This document shows, in pieces, positions 39,738 to 53,262 of a DNA stretch of 64,000 bases (positions within the stretch are counted from its first letter, which is position 1; each line of letters opens with the position of its first letter). Under the pieces are notes generated by a model. It was not told the DNA's origin and searched no databases. It was given only the letters and a program-made list of their open reading frames with translations. This DNA comes from Amoebidium appalachense (taxonomy: Eukaryota > Protista > Ichthyosporea): the NCBI GenBank assembly GCA_963693365.1, contig CAVNZM010000009.1:1490231-1554230 (forward strand), read 5' to 3'. The translations under genes were made by a program, and so were the position numbers.

Positions 39738-40960
39738 GAGGAAGAAGAAGAAGAACAACAAGAAGAACAAGAACTTAAAACCAGAAGAAGAAGAAAAGCA
39801 AAACCAGAAGAAGAAGAAGAAAAGCAACAACAAGAAGAACAAGAACACAAAACCAGAACAAGGGCTCGAATTTGCAGTACAAAGCATACTTGCATGCTGC
39901 AACAAACGAGAGACCCACCACCTGGTTACATCTGTTAGAGTGCTGCAAGAATTCACCTTCTTTCCTTCACTCTTCTCTTTCCTTCCTCTTCCTCCCCCCC
40001 CTCTCCCGCCTCTCCCTCCCCCTTCTTTCCTCCTCCTTATTTGTGAGGAGACACGCACCTTCAGTGTCGTGCACAGTGCGTCGGCAAAGTGGCGGAACAT
40101 GTGCTCTGTGATGCCCATGCGCTGATGACTTGCAGCCAATCGCTGCAGCTGGCTGGCCAGTTTGTGCGGTTGGCCCAGCAGGGTGATCATCTGGCTGATG
40201 CTGCCGCTCAGCGCTAGCCGCTGCTTGCGTGCATCACCCTGGGGGGGGGGGGGGGGGGGGGAGGGGGGGGGGGGGGGGGGACGGGGGTTTGGGTGGGTGG
40301 ATGGGTTGGGTTGGGTTGGGGAGGATCGGGTGAGTGGTTGTGTTTTAGGGTAGCTGTCCCCCCCCCCCCCTCCCCCCTTCCCCCCCCCCCCCCTTTTTTT
40401 TTTCTTTCTTTCGTTTTTCGAAGAGGGAGGGGGAGGGAGGGGAATGGGCCTAAGGAAGGAGGGAGCAGGGTTAAGGCTTTATTTGCTTTTTATTTTTTAT
40501 TTTTTATTTTTTTATTTTTATTTTTTGGCCTCGAACCCTTTTTTTTTTAGGGATGGACGGAAGGGAGGTGAATGGGCCCCAGGAAATGGAAAGTGTACGG
40601 ACGGGAGGTGAATGGGCCCCAGGAAATGGAAAGTGGGTTAATGTTGTGTTGTTGTCTGTTTGGTTGTGTATGTGTGTGGGTATTCGGTGGAGGGGGTAGA
40701 GGAGGGAGGAGGGGGAGATCCGGCCTATTCCGAAACAAGACTATCCCATAATATAATTTCATGCAAAAACCAATCAGCCCACTTGATTTTATGTCATTTC
40801 ATGCAAAAACCAATCAGCCCACTTGATTTTATGTCATAACCAATCAGCCCACTTGATTTCAAATTTGACGTCGATATAATGGCCAGCCTACATACCGGTT
40901 GGGAGGGGTAGGGTCTTGGGCTTGTTAGACCACACAGGAGTTGCCGGGGGAGGAAGGGTC

Positions 40961-40991
<31 letters not shown>

Positions 40992-42106
40992 AGGGGGGGG
41001 GGCTGCAGGGCCGTGAATTCAAAAGGCCACGAGAAAACAACCCAGGCTGATGGTGGGAGTGGGTTTGATGTGTGTATGTGTGTTTAACGAATAAATGTCC
41101 AAAAATAAATTTCCTTACATACCATATATGGTATATAAGACTATTGGTCCGTTAAATCCCCACCAATCAAATTGAGTGCGGCCATGAACCATGCATGTGC
41201 ATAACGGCAGATCGTAATCCCCCATACTCCCTAACTCCCGATACTCAGTGGGGGCAGATAATCCTACATATGAAATTTGATCAATTACATAGTGAAAATT
41301 CAAAATGAACCCTTTCTCCTTAATGGGGCGGGGGTGGGGTGTGAGGGGTTGGGGTGGGGAGGCATTAGGGGGGAAGAGGTTGGGGGGGGGGGGGGGGAGG
41401 GGGGGGGGGGGGATGGGGGCTTTACCATGAACTTTTCGATTGCTTCTGGGCAAACTTCAAAATAATTTGCATAGAAGTTCGCAGTGAGCTCTGTGGTTGT
41501 TGTTTTTTTTTGAAAGGGGGATGGGGAGGGGGGAAGAAGGTGGGTGGGTGGGTGGGTGAGGGCGGGATAGTAATGTTAGTGCTACAGTATGGTTGTCAGA
41601 TGTCATTTATTAAAAGGGCCCCGTTCCGTGTTCCCTAATACACTCAAAAGAGACCCCTTCCCCTCATCCAAACACACACACACACACACACACGCACGCA
41701 CATCCACACAAGCACACACACACACACACATACCTGGATTGTTTCGGTTGGCCTTCTCCCAGGTCTGCTTCAAAGTCGATTGTGTCTATACCCCAACCCC
41801 AGTGACGTCAGAATCATTTAGCCTAAATGTGGCTCGCTGATGGAGGAATAAATATAAATTTAAAGCCATGGTTATGTCTGGTAACAAAATTCTGTGGCAG
41901 CATGTATTGGGCCAACCAATCATTGGCTGGTTCAGTTAAGTTTTAAACCGCAGCCGCCATCGGGTAGTCATATACTATAGGAACAGTGTATAGGCATGCT
42001 GGGATACTATTGCAAAGGGAAAGGTACGTGAGAAAATTCAAAAAAGTGGGGTCGTAGGGTGGTGAAAAAAAGAGGTGTGTGTGTGGCGGGGGGTTGGGGT
42101 TGTTGT

Positions 42107-42139
<33 letters not shown>

Positions 42140-44366
42140 TTTCAGAAAAGTTGGCAGGGCAGTTGATTTCGAAAGGGGGTTGGGTGGGTGGGGTTGTGGG
42201 GTTGAGGGCTGGGCAGGGGGTTAAGGGAGGGGGGAGGTGGAAAGGAGGGGGGGGGGAGGGGGGGCAAGTACGGATGCATAGCTGCGGCGTAGCCACTTGG
42301 GCATGTCACCGGGGCGGGGCTTGACGTCATCCATCTGGTCCTGCAGCAGGGTAGCCACCTGCCATAACGCGTAGGTGCCTTATAAGGAAAGAGTGGATTG
42401 GAACAGGGGCACTGCACGTGTTTCAAAAGGAAAGAGTGGATTGGAACAGGGGCACTGCACGTGTTTCACAATGCAGTTCACAATGCAGTTGTGTGGCCAA
42501 GGCAAGGGTATACATGCATTGATGCACATATCAACATGCATGCACACGTGCACACAGTAACACGTGCACACACACGACACATCTACACACACACACACAC
42601 CGTCACTAACATAGAGCATAGTGTACATACACAAGCACGAGCATAGTGTACATACACAAGCACACCCATACACACACCGTCACTAACATAGAGCATAGTG
42701 TACATACACAAGCACGAGCATAGTGTACATACACAAGCACACCCATACACACACCGTCACTAACATAGAGCATAGTGTACATACACAAGCACGAGCATAG
42801 TGTACATACACAAGCAACACAATTGGTTGTTTCCCATGCCTTCCCATGCCATATCCAGTCATAATTTCCTGCTCATACTGTAAATGCTACCCTACACGCA
42901 CCACCCACCTCACAGTAAGTGTGATGCCAGGCCGTTGCCCCCTCGTTGCTCCACGACTCACCCATGCGCTTCCTTGGGGAGAGGGAGGCATTACAATGTG
43001 GGAAAACACACACACAGCACGAACAGAACATGTTCACACAGAGCGACGTGTTGTGGATTTGCAAGGGCAAATCCGAACTATATTAACACGTGCACACTCT
43101 ACACATACAACACGTGCACATCCAACACGCACCTACAGCTAACACACGTGTACATACAAAACCTTACACATGAACCGTTGCCCATAGCTGACACGTGCAC
43201 ATGCACACCAAACACAAATACGTCCTCGTGCACACCAAACACGTGCATACACACCAAACACGTGCACATTAAACACGTGTACAAACACACTAAACACGAG
43301 CGCGTACCCCATAGTGTCGACCAATGCCGCGCCAAATGCATCAAACATGTCGTGGGTGATGCCCAGGTTGGCATGGGTCTTGGCAAGACGTTTAATCTCG
43401 CCATCTAATTGGCTGCTTCTGTTGAGGCTGGCCAGGAGCTGTGACATTGTGCCAATCATTGCTTTGTTTTGCCGCGTTGCCCCGTTTTTGAATAGGAGCT
43501 TCGTCTGTGGTTGGAAACTGTTTTAGGAGACAAGCTCCGATCAAGCTGTAAACGTTTCAGTCCCGGACCGTGCAGAAACACAACAGTAGTGTCGGCTCCC
43601 TATATACCATCAGTTTTCGTTTGTTTGTTTCCCTTCATACTCCGTGGAAATAATTGATGTGAGTGGGTGAATGTGTTGTGTGGGTGTGGGTGTGTTGCAG
43701 GTGTTGTGTACAGTGTGTGTGCGGATTGTATGGTTGGGTTTTGCGGGCCTCCGGGGAGGGGTTGGGGGAAGAGGGGTGGATGCTATAGCAGTACCAGATC
43801 AAAGTGCACCAATAAATGCAAACTATAACAGAAAGGTCCACGGGAGAGGAGGGGCTCTGAAGGGGGTGTGAAGGGAGGGGTGGGGGGAGGGAGGGAGGGA
43901 GGGAGGGAGGGAGGGAGGGGAGGGGTTGGGGACAAACTTCGGGCATCAGCTGGAAGAGGTATGCGTAGAAGTCTTGGATGAACTCTTCGGGGCGGTCGGC
44001 TAGCACACTGGCCCATGTGCTCTCAACTATCTCCTTGTAGCGTTGCTGGAGGGGGGAAGGGGGAGAGAGAGAGAGGTTTGAGCATACGGAGGGAAAATGC
44101 ACACAGCGAAGGGCATGAATGATGAAGTGAGCGTGCATCCTCAGCAGTGCACAATCAAGACTCGCGCAGAAGAAGATATGGACGAGGGAAAGGGAGGCAG
44201 GAAAGGAGTAAAACGGAAAGACAGGAACGGGGCAGGGAGAGGGGGTGAGAATGGGGGGGAGTGGATGAGGGGTGATGGGAAGAGGTTTTGGCCGGGAGCC
44301 CGGAAAGGAGATGGTAACTTGTGTGTGTTGGGGGCAAGGGGAGAGAGTGGGCTGGGACGGTTGGGA

Positions 44367-44403
<37 letters not shown>

Positions 44404-45425
44404 GGGGGGGGCAGGTTACATGGAACATGGAAGATAGGTGGACGTTGCTGACTGCACGGGGGGCCACTGAGGGGTTGCCAATCTGCAAAAAGGGGAGCAC
44501 GGGAAGGGGGGATGAGGTTGGTTCGGAAAATGTGAAATTTCAGCCGAAGTGCTGTGAGTAGATGGGTGGTAAATGGGCACAGCGTGGGTCGAAGGACAAA
44601 TGCAGTGTGAAAGGTATCAGGATTATTGGAACAGAGGATGGTGGCCATAACTGTGGTTTCATGTGTTGTGGGAAACCCGCTGCAAGCGACTAATGCTGTG
44701 ATATGCCTGAATGCTTGGGATACTTCTAGTAATTTTTTTAAATAATGATTGACATGTTTAATTGGACCCATCGTGATATCGGGCCTTTTTGTTTAATTGG
44801 ACCCATCGTGATATCGGGCCTTTTCGGCATGTTTGCCATGTAACATGTTTAATTGGACCCATCGTGATATCGGGCCTTTTCGGCATGGTTGCCATGCTGT
44901 GAGCAGGACATCAACTTCTCTTCTCTTGCCTCCTTTTTCAAATCTCGTTTTCCGAGTAAATGATGTTGGCAGAAGTTAAAGAAGATGGGAGGCCTGGAAA
45001 GGGAGAAGAGTGGGTGGGTTGGTAAATGGGTGGGTGGTGGTGGGGGAGGAGGGGGGGGGGGGGGGGGGGGGGGGAGGTCAATAGCAACCTCCATATGCAG
45101 CACACTATTCCGCTCATTGGATGCAGAAGAGCCGCCCACACTCAGGGTCCTATTTATAGATGTAGGCCTGGCTTGGCCCTCTGCCATCTTAAGGCGGAGG
45201 GACTCGACCTCCCTCTGCAGAGCAACCAACTGCTCACTAGCACCTTGGCTGGGCGCCAACAAGACAGAATCCCTGGGCCCACTGGGATTGGCTACCTGCA
45301 CATGCGTGGGTGGGTGGATGGCGAGGGTTGGGGAGGGGGTAGGGGGAGAACAGGGGAGGAGGGTGGATGGGGGCGAGGGGCTCGTGAGTCACTGTGGTAA
45401 GTCCGAGGTGTGTATATCCATGTTT

Positions 45426-45491
<66 letters not shown>

Positions 45492-45494
45492 ATA

Positions 45495-45535
<41 letters not shown>

Positions 45536-46268
45536 CACGCATGTATAATACGACATTCCTTTATAATTGTGGGTGTGTATGAACAGTCGTGAGCTCACTC
45601 ACACACGTGGCATGTGCTTGCAGGCACTGTTTCAAATTGTTATTCCGTTTGTGTGTACACGATGTGTGTGTTGCTTGCCACATACCTCCACTTCCACCAC
45701 GGGCTCCACTATTTCCTTTTCAGGATAGTCCGAAACAGCCAAGCCTTCCATCACCGTGCTCAAGGTTTCCTTTTTAGGAAAGTCCTGGGGGGTCTCCACC
45801 ACTGTGCTCGGGGTTTCCTTTTTAGAGAGGTCCCCCAGGATATCGGTGTAGACCTCCAAGAGTGCCCTTACGCCGGCAATGGTCTCCCTCGTGGTCTGGG
45901 AGGGAGGATCATGCATGATGAGCACTGGTATGGGCCCGAGAGAGATTCTCTATAAGGCTTGCACTTGTGACTACTCATGATCATCAACATCAACAGCAGT
46001 GCATGCGACAACTAATTATTTAGCAGGTGTTGCTGTTGCGAAAGGAGCTGCACCTGCCCGAACTTTCTCCGCCCTATATGTATCGGAGCTGCACCTGCCC
46101 GAACTTTCTCCGCCCTATATGTATCATCACGGTATCAAGCAAACACGAGCAACCGCCTGACAACGACAGTGGAATACTATAAAGGGGCACTCCATACACA
46201 TGAATATCCAACCACCCACCCAACCACCCCTTCCCTCTCCTTCCAAAAATCTCCGAGGGCTTCCCCCA

Positions 46269-46303
<35 letters not shown>

Positions 46304-46924
46304 ACCACCACCACCAACCCACCCACCCTCCCCCCGAGGGCTCCTGCTGTTTCTTCCGATTCTCTTATGATGCGACAGATGCAACCTGGCCGTTTCTGCC
46401 CCGTCGAAACGATGTGGTCTCAGTTCTACACGCACAAAATTCTCAACGTTTCCGTTTTCAGGTTTCCCCTCTCTTTCGCTCCCATAACAAAAACCCAACC
46501 AATTATAATTAGTGCAAATTCAAACACCTACATTTCTCTGCTGCTGAACCTCTGCCACAAATGACTGCGGCTTGTCGTCAAGGGACACGCCTTCTAGACG
46601 CCTCTGGAAGGCCAATTCTGTCTGCAGCTGCCTCTGCAGGTCGGCCACCTTTGCCTCCAACTCCGCCTGCCTGTCAACGCCCCCCAATTCGCTTCCGCTG
46701 GCCACCTGCCCTACAAACGGGCTGGCAGGTGACGGGACAGCATGGGCCGCAAGAGCTGTCTGTGGTACTTGTGGGGACATGGTGGTGTTGGTGAGGGGCA
46801 GGGGCCCGCTAATAGTTGCCTTGTTTGGATGCACGGTGTTGTTCCCAACAATGGACCCCCTGCCATTATAGCCACCGCTACGTAGGCTCTTGCGAGCGGG
46901 TAGTAGCGCACTGGGTAGCTTCAT
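39271..46924 (-). CDS. Didomain globin with N-terminal coiled-coil region and C-terminal CaaX (paralog B), 12 exons, ~592 aa
   Basis: Exons (minus): 46528-46924, 45686-45924, 45089-45295, 44420-44482, 43938-44045, 43308-43504, 42909-42972, 42272-42358, 41734-41785, 41426-41490, 40059-40238, 39271-39390. Phases are the same as in paralog A and exons 3-12 have identical lengths. The protein ends KEDKCTIS*. Confidence 0.92.
40756..40860. repeat. 40-bp tandem repeat (~2.5 copies) containing CCAATCAG
   Basis: atttcatgcaaaaaccaatcagcccacttgattttatgtc repeated; not present in the corresponding intron of paralog A. Confidence 0.85.
42594..42816. repeat. ~75-bp tandem repeat x3 in globin B intron
   Basis: cacacaccgtcactaacatagagcatagtgtacatacacaagcacgagcatagtgtacatacacaagca repeated. 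Confidence 0.9.
44755..44896. repeat. ~35-bp repeat x3 in globin B intron
   Basis: tgtttaattggacccatcgtgatatcgggcctttt occurs three times. Confidence 0.9.
46044..46124. repeat. ~41-bp tandem duplication
   Basis: ggagctgcacctgcccgaactttctccgccctatatgtatc x2. Confidence 0.9.
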
Positions 46925-46964
46925 GGTGGATGGATGTGCGCTGAGAATATACAGGAGAAATTGG

Positions 46965-47310
46965 GTGTGGAAAGTGCAGAGAATTATAAATAGATGAGGT
47001 ACAGTAACCTGATGCAGGGTCCAAGGTACAGCAACCCTACACCTTCAAACTGTGATCGAGGAAAACTGCCGCAGTGCAAAAGGAAAATAAGAATGGTGTG
47101 GAGTCATGAAATTGTAATGTGCTTGATCATGATGTGTGGAAAGTGCAGAGAATTATCTAGTAGATGAGGTACAATAACCTGATGAATAGCACCCAAGGTT
47201 ACAGTAACCCTACACCTTCAAACTGTGATCGAGGAAACCTGCCGCAGTGCGAAAGGAAAATAAGAATGGTGTGGAGTGTTGGTGTGGGTGGAGTCATGAA
47301 ATTGTAATGT
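46965..47310. repeat. ~170-bp imperfect tandem duplication upstream of the globin B ATG
   Basis: gtgtggaaagtgcagagaattat...ccctacaccttcaaactgtgatcgaggaaa...catgaaattgtaatgt occurs twice. Confidence 0.9.
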
Positions 47311-48099
47311 AAGCACCCTTAATCATGATGTCGCGTGTCATGAAGTGTTGTTTTGCAGTCACACTTTGTACGTCACCCTACACGTCCAAAAGTTTTCTAC
47401 CGAACAACCGGGTAAAAACAGATAGACAGTACGGTATGTATCACTATGTGATCATAATCGATTTTCAGGGTTCGCTGAAGTGCAATCACGGCACTCCACG
47501 TCTTTTATATTGTTCCCTTAGAGCCCTTTGGCAACGCATAAAGCTCTAGAATATGGCATCGATCAGGCTATGTGATCGATGCTCGCCGAAAGCGAGCCAG
47601 CCTGCCAGCCGTGCCAGGCTCCAGCTGTGATAACCATACACTGACCAGTTATTCCCGACCGAGGCTGAGAGCCCACCCAAGTTGGGTTTTTGAAAGGGTT
47701 GTTGGGGGAGCGACCTGTCTCCAGTGAGATGTCACGAAGAGGATCTCACTGCCAATCAGAGGGCGCCAATCAATTACGAAATAGAGCACAGTGCTTTATT
47801 TTACCCTTCTCCGATTGGCCACTATTATTAACAAAAACATGCGCCAGCAAAAAAATAACAACCAATCACGCGTTTTGAGGCCTAGGTGCGCGAACCAAAA
47901 CACGTGCATTCAACTCACGACAACGTGCGTCCTGTCAAGAGGTCACGCCGCAATTGCAAGGAAGTACACGTGCTCACCAGCTGTATTACGGTACCAAAAA
48001 CGTGTTCTACAATAACGCAATAAGTTTACATGAGCCGATAGGAAGACCACGTGCTGTCAAGAACATATCAGCCGCCTGCGGGCGCCGGGCAGTCAGATG

Positions 48100-48470
48100 A
48101 TGTTGCGAATCGGGTTCTCGATCCGATTCCGATTCCTTGACCGATTCCGATCCGATTCCGAATCCTGGACGATTCCGAGCCGCCGGTTTCTTATACCTTA
48201 CCATTGCGATCCGATTCCGAGTCGATTTCCGCCCCAGATAGGTCAATGATAAGCACTATAGGCAAGGCAAGCCAGGGCGCACGGCGAGCGCGCTCGCCCT
48301 TCCAGTGACTGACCCAGCGCGATAAAAAGGTAAAACACCGTGAGCGAACAGGCTACGGATGCTCATGTTGCGCATTCGGTAATTCTCGAATTTCTCATCC
48401 TATTCGAATTCTACACCGATTCCGATTCGATTCCGAATTGGTTCCGATTGGTTCTGCCTACAGAGCCTGG
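48100..48470. repeat. Cluster of CCGATTCCGA motifs, probably the subterminal region of a DNA-transposon relic
   Basis: Many gattcc/ccgattccga units ending at ...cagagcctg (hAT-like terminus); no matching TSD found. Confidence 0.5.
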
Positions 48471-48825
48471 GTTCGGGCACACGCGGAGGCCCTTTGCCGA
48501 CGCAATTCATTTATAAGTGCACGTATGACGTATACATGTACCTACGTTCTCAACACGGGTTCCCTATCTCTCTGCTAGGCTGCTAGTGCTCTGCCTGTGT
48601 TCAATTTGATGTGTATTATTACGTGTGCAATAGCTTTTGCTTCATTTAGGCCAGCTTGTGAATCAGTGATAATAGATAGCACGTGCACGTGATCACGCCA
48701 CAGTGTCACACGCCATCCTGATTCATGGCACAACTTACAAGTGTACATGTAGGCCTAGGTCAGGCTAGGTGCAGGGGATCTACGGAACTTGCCGTTTTCG
48801 GCCAGAGTTGAAGGCGCGTTCTGTA

Positions 48826-49200
48826 TGTTGAGCCAATCAGCTGGCGTGATAAATCCGATTGGACAAGAAAGAACCAATCAGGCGGCAGCCGTCGAGCAGC
48901 CAAGTTGAACTTGGTGCCACAAGTTGGTGCCACGGTGGCCGGCTACTGGCCGCATGTGGTCGGCCTGAAGTCCGCGAAACCCAGACCGAACTTCTTGGTT
49001 TACCCCTGGAGAAAGTATAAATTGTATGACAACACACACAGTAAGTTGAAAGCATGGGTGTTGGGTTTCCTTTCTCTCATTTTTGTCTTCTTGCTTCCTT
49101 TAATTTTTTTATATATCTATTTTTCCCCAGGGCCAATATGGATACTATGGTACGGAGATCTGATGATGTACCAATCACGTTGAGCTTTCGCACATTTTCC
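48826..49200 (-). promoter_or_regulatory. Conserved CCAAT-box module upstream of globin B
   Basis: CCAAT 48833, ATTGG 48858, CCAAT 48874 and CCAAT 49171; the first three have the same spacing as in paralog A. Confidence 0.6.
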
Positions 49201-49279
49201 AATAGATTAGATAAGCGGTCATGGAGTATGCGGTCACGAGTCACGACACTCTCGAGTCGTGTAACACGTTACGTGTATA

Positions 49280-51187
49280 CAGTAAAGTTTTAAACCGCTC
49301 GATTTGGGACACTTTTCGCATCATCGCTGATCGAGCGCTTATTGGTAACTATTTTTAGCTTTTTCTGGAACATTCGAGCATCCCCAGCAAGCCCTGGCAC
49401 ATGGCTACCCCAGTATATAAGCGCCGTGGTTCATAAAACACGTTTCCGAGACACGTGAATGTAGCCTCGTTCTGAATTCAAAATGCCTTTTAATTTGGGA
49501 CCCATGTTGGCAATGCATAGACGTATATGCAGACGAACAACCTGACGCACATGCACCAGGGTGTGGTCTCGCTGTTCCTTTCACCGTTGCCCACCCCTGA
49601 ACTGAACACATCATACTTACCTACCGCCTGTGACCAAAGACGTCGTTCTGTACTACAAGTGCAACCTACACACGTATGCTCGTTCCTGTACAGTTAGCAT
49701 ACCTCTACATCTGTCCGGGGTAATATGGATAATGATAAAACGGGTACTGTTGGTATTGCATCCCACTGGCAGGTTGGTATGGGTTGAATGGGACCTGTTG
49801 GTAGGGGAAGTAGTAGCCAGGCCAGTATGGTTGCCCGTGCTCGTTTCTTGGTGGTTCGTTTTCTTTGTCGCTTTCATTTTCCATCCACTCATCACTGTGC
49901 ACCTTCCTCCGTTCGTTTTTGCTCTCACTCTCACTCTCCCTTTCTCCGTCTTCGTTGCTTTCTGCTTCTGGTGCATCAGTGTCTGACCCCCAGAATGCTC
50001 TCTTCGCCTTCCTCTTTTTCTTCTTGGGCTTCCCTGGTTGTGTCGGTTTGGATCTCCCTTTTCGTCCTCCCTCCTGTGCCTTCCTTTCCTTCTCTTCCTG
50101 TGCCCTCAGCTCTATTTCTTTTTTCTTTTCCTCCCTCTCTTTTTTCCTTGCCTCTTTCACGGCTGCCTCCTCTGCTTTTCTCTTTTCTCTCTCTCTCTTG
50201 CTTTCTCCTCTTGCTCTCTCTTTTTCTCCTCCTGTTCTTGTAGTCTCTCCGCCTTCCTTCGTTCCCTCTCCTCTGCGCGCTGTTTCTTTCCATCTTCCTT
50301 CTGCTGCTTGCGTTTCCCTCTAACACTCCTCAAGTTCCTTGAGAAAGGGTTCGCGTGTCCACAGAATCGCACGCTGCTGTCCATTTCCGTCTGTTTCGTA
50401 GGTGGGCAACATGTCACCTTCGCTCTCCGCCTCCTGTATGTTTTCGTTTTCGGGGGGATTTTCGTTTCCGTTTTCGTATTCATTTTCCGGTTCAGGCACC
50501 TCCCTGCTTTCCTCTGCGTTGTCCCCCTCTTGAGATTCCTCATCTTCAGTCCACCTGAGCTCTTTCGAAGTGATTTCGGGTGGGGGGAGGTTTGCAGTAG
50601 CCGCACGATGCTTGAGGGGCAGTGATGCTTGAACTCTCTCCTCATCCACAACCACCTCTCCATTCTCCTGTCTGAAGCCAGTTTTGGTGAATGCACTCAC
50701 TATCGATTGTTTGGTGAGTTTACCGTTGAACGCACGGGAGTACAGCGCGATGAAATGTGCATAAGCGAACTTCTTGAGGGTTAGGTTTGCCGCGACAAAC
50801 TCGCAGTAGACTCTGTTCCTGTATTCCTTCTTCACATGTTGGGAACCCCATTCTGTCTGTGGGGCAAGGGTGTGTGATAAATGGGCAGTAAAAGTACAAA
50901 GCTTAAGCATATGAAAGATGTGAGGCTACGTGAGAGGAAATCCTTAGAGTGAGGATGAGGAGTTCCTATGCTCTCGAAGGAGGATGTGCTTTGCTCTGCT
51001 GTGGTGGTTGGTAGAAAACGGCCCTTTATTTTCAAACTTTGCTGCCGGGTTGGGCAGCCAACCAGACACGCTGGCATGCAAAAAGGGCGGGAAAAACGTC
51101 CAAGTCCGGGTGATGCGCCGAGGGCCAATCAAAAGTGTCCCAAATTTATGACGGATCGTCCCAAATTCGAGCGGTTTAGACCTCTTG
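49280..51187 (-). mobile_element. Internally deleted pogo/Fot1-like (Tc1/mariner superfamily) DNA transposon
   Basis: TA-flanked imperfect TIRs: CAGTAAAGTTTTAAACCGCTCGATTTGGGAC on the left and, reverse-complemented, CAAGAGGTCTAAACCGCTCGAATTTGGGAC on the right. Both ends share TTTGGGACACTTTT, and the element encloses a transposase fragment. Confidence 0.8.
49705..50910 (-). pseudogene. Degenerate DDE_1 (pogo-like) transposase C-terminal half
   Basis: FTAHLSHTLAPQTEWGSQHVKKEYR...FIALYSRAF...LTKQSIVSAFTKTG resembles the pogo pattern LP.HSSH.LQPLD...F..LK..Y...I.SAF.KTG, but the catalytic D is lost. There is an in-frame stop at ~50320 followed by a K/E-rich coil, and the N-terminal HTH/DD region is absent. 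Confidence 0.7.
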
Positions 51188-52088
51188 TAATAGGCCGATC
51201 TGTCTGTCTGTGGAATGCGGCTAATAGGCCCTTCCTGTGCGCAGACTGTGCAGCCGCGGCGCCATGGTTTTCCGTGCCACAAACTTAGAACACCTACAAG
51301 AACTGAAGCGACTCTATCTAACCTACTTTAAGCTAGTATAAGCGCACTTTCAGAGTAGTGAGTAATTGTATTTGACACAAATAACAACAATTCAAAATAT
51401 TAGCTAAACAATCAAAAGCCCCGCACGCACATGCCTGCTCATCAGTAGAGCTGCAGTCTACCTCCGGAGTCTACTAGATCTGTGGACGTGGTGATATGGT
51501 GTGTGGTTCACGGAGTTGCTGCCACCCACTATGGTTAGAAGACGCCGTGACGTGGCCCAGTAGAGTGAAAAAAGAACCTATAAGAGCCAAAGGTTATGCA
51601 GAGACCACTTTAACCCGGTCACTGCAACTCTTTTTGTGTCATCGACAACAAGCCACTACACCTCAAACCTGCTACCGGAGCTTGTCCCACTGTACTCCCG
51701 TTCTAGAAGGTGAAACAGTGGGTTTTGGTGCTACCACTCAGAAGAAGCCAAATAAACATGACTTGGTTGTTCAGGCATAGGCTCAAGTTTGTCCAACCCC
51801 CATCATGCTCAACTTATACACTGCCCATGACCACCCACCGGCACGCCCCTGTCTGCATGGGAAGGCCCGCCCGTACTAGTCCCCCCTCTACACAACTAAC
51901 TTAGGCAAAAACACCGGGCCGTAAGAAACACACACACACATACAAACAAAAATACACACAAACACACACGCACACACGCACACACGCACACACACATGTC
52001 GTACACACACACACACACACACACGCGCGCGCGCGCAGAGAGAGAGAGAGAGAGAGAGAGTAAGAGAGAGAGAGAGAGAACGAGAGAG

Positions 52089-52150
<62 letters not shown>

Positions 52151-52161
52151 ACTGTCACAGG

Positions 52162-52201
<40 letters not shown>

Positions 52202-52204
52202 GTG

Positions 52205-52236
<32 letters not shown>

Positions 52237-52347
52237 AAATAACTACAAGTAAACAAGGCAGCTTGACCTCGCTCACTTCAACACTTCTTACACGGATCTG
52301 TTACCTTCTCCATATCGACCCCACCTTCCCCAACTTTTGCCCGCCAG

Positions 52348-52384
<37 letters not shown>

Positions 52385-52661
52385 ACCCTTTCCGAAGTTC
52401 CTTATGCCTTACTTCCTCCCCCTTCCTCCCTCCCCCACCAGCACCACCAGCACCACCACCACCTCCCTCCCTAGGCACCTACAAGAGAGGCGGGGCAACA
52501 AGGTGCCCCTGGCGAGGGAGGGAAAGAAGGGGGGAGGGGGGGGGGGGGGGGGAGGGGGTCCTGGGAGGGAAGGGGGAGGAAGAGGACCGTGAGAGCATAA
52601 CAACGTACACCTTCACTGACGTCGACATACACTCACACCTGAATGCATGTGCGTGCCCGTG

Positions 52662-52718
<57 letters not shown>

Positions 52719-52911
52719 ATACAGACAAAAACGTGACACGTACTCTAACAAACACCCACCCACGGGATTGAAACACACACAAACACACACACACACACAC
52801 ACACCGCACGCACGCACGCACACACACACACACACAAACACACACAGACAAACACACGACACATACTCTAACACCCACCCACCGGATTGCAACACACACA
52901 AACACACACAG

Positions 52912-52998
<87 letters not shown>

Positions 52999-53175
52999 TG
53001 ACACACATATACACACACAAAGAATACACACACAGACGTGTGCATACACACACGTGCACGCAAGGGCACACACACACACACACGCATATACAGACGCCTA
53101 AGTGTACGTGCACAAATACACACGCAAACGTGACACAATCACTCACACACACACAAACACACACACACACACTGC

Positions 53176-53262
<87 letters not shown>

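Noticed and set aside
40756-44896. Short direct repeats as possible CRISPR arrays
   Set aside because: They are head-to-tail tandem repeats without unique spacers, inside eukaryotic introns, with no cas genes.
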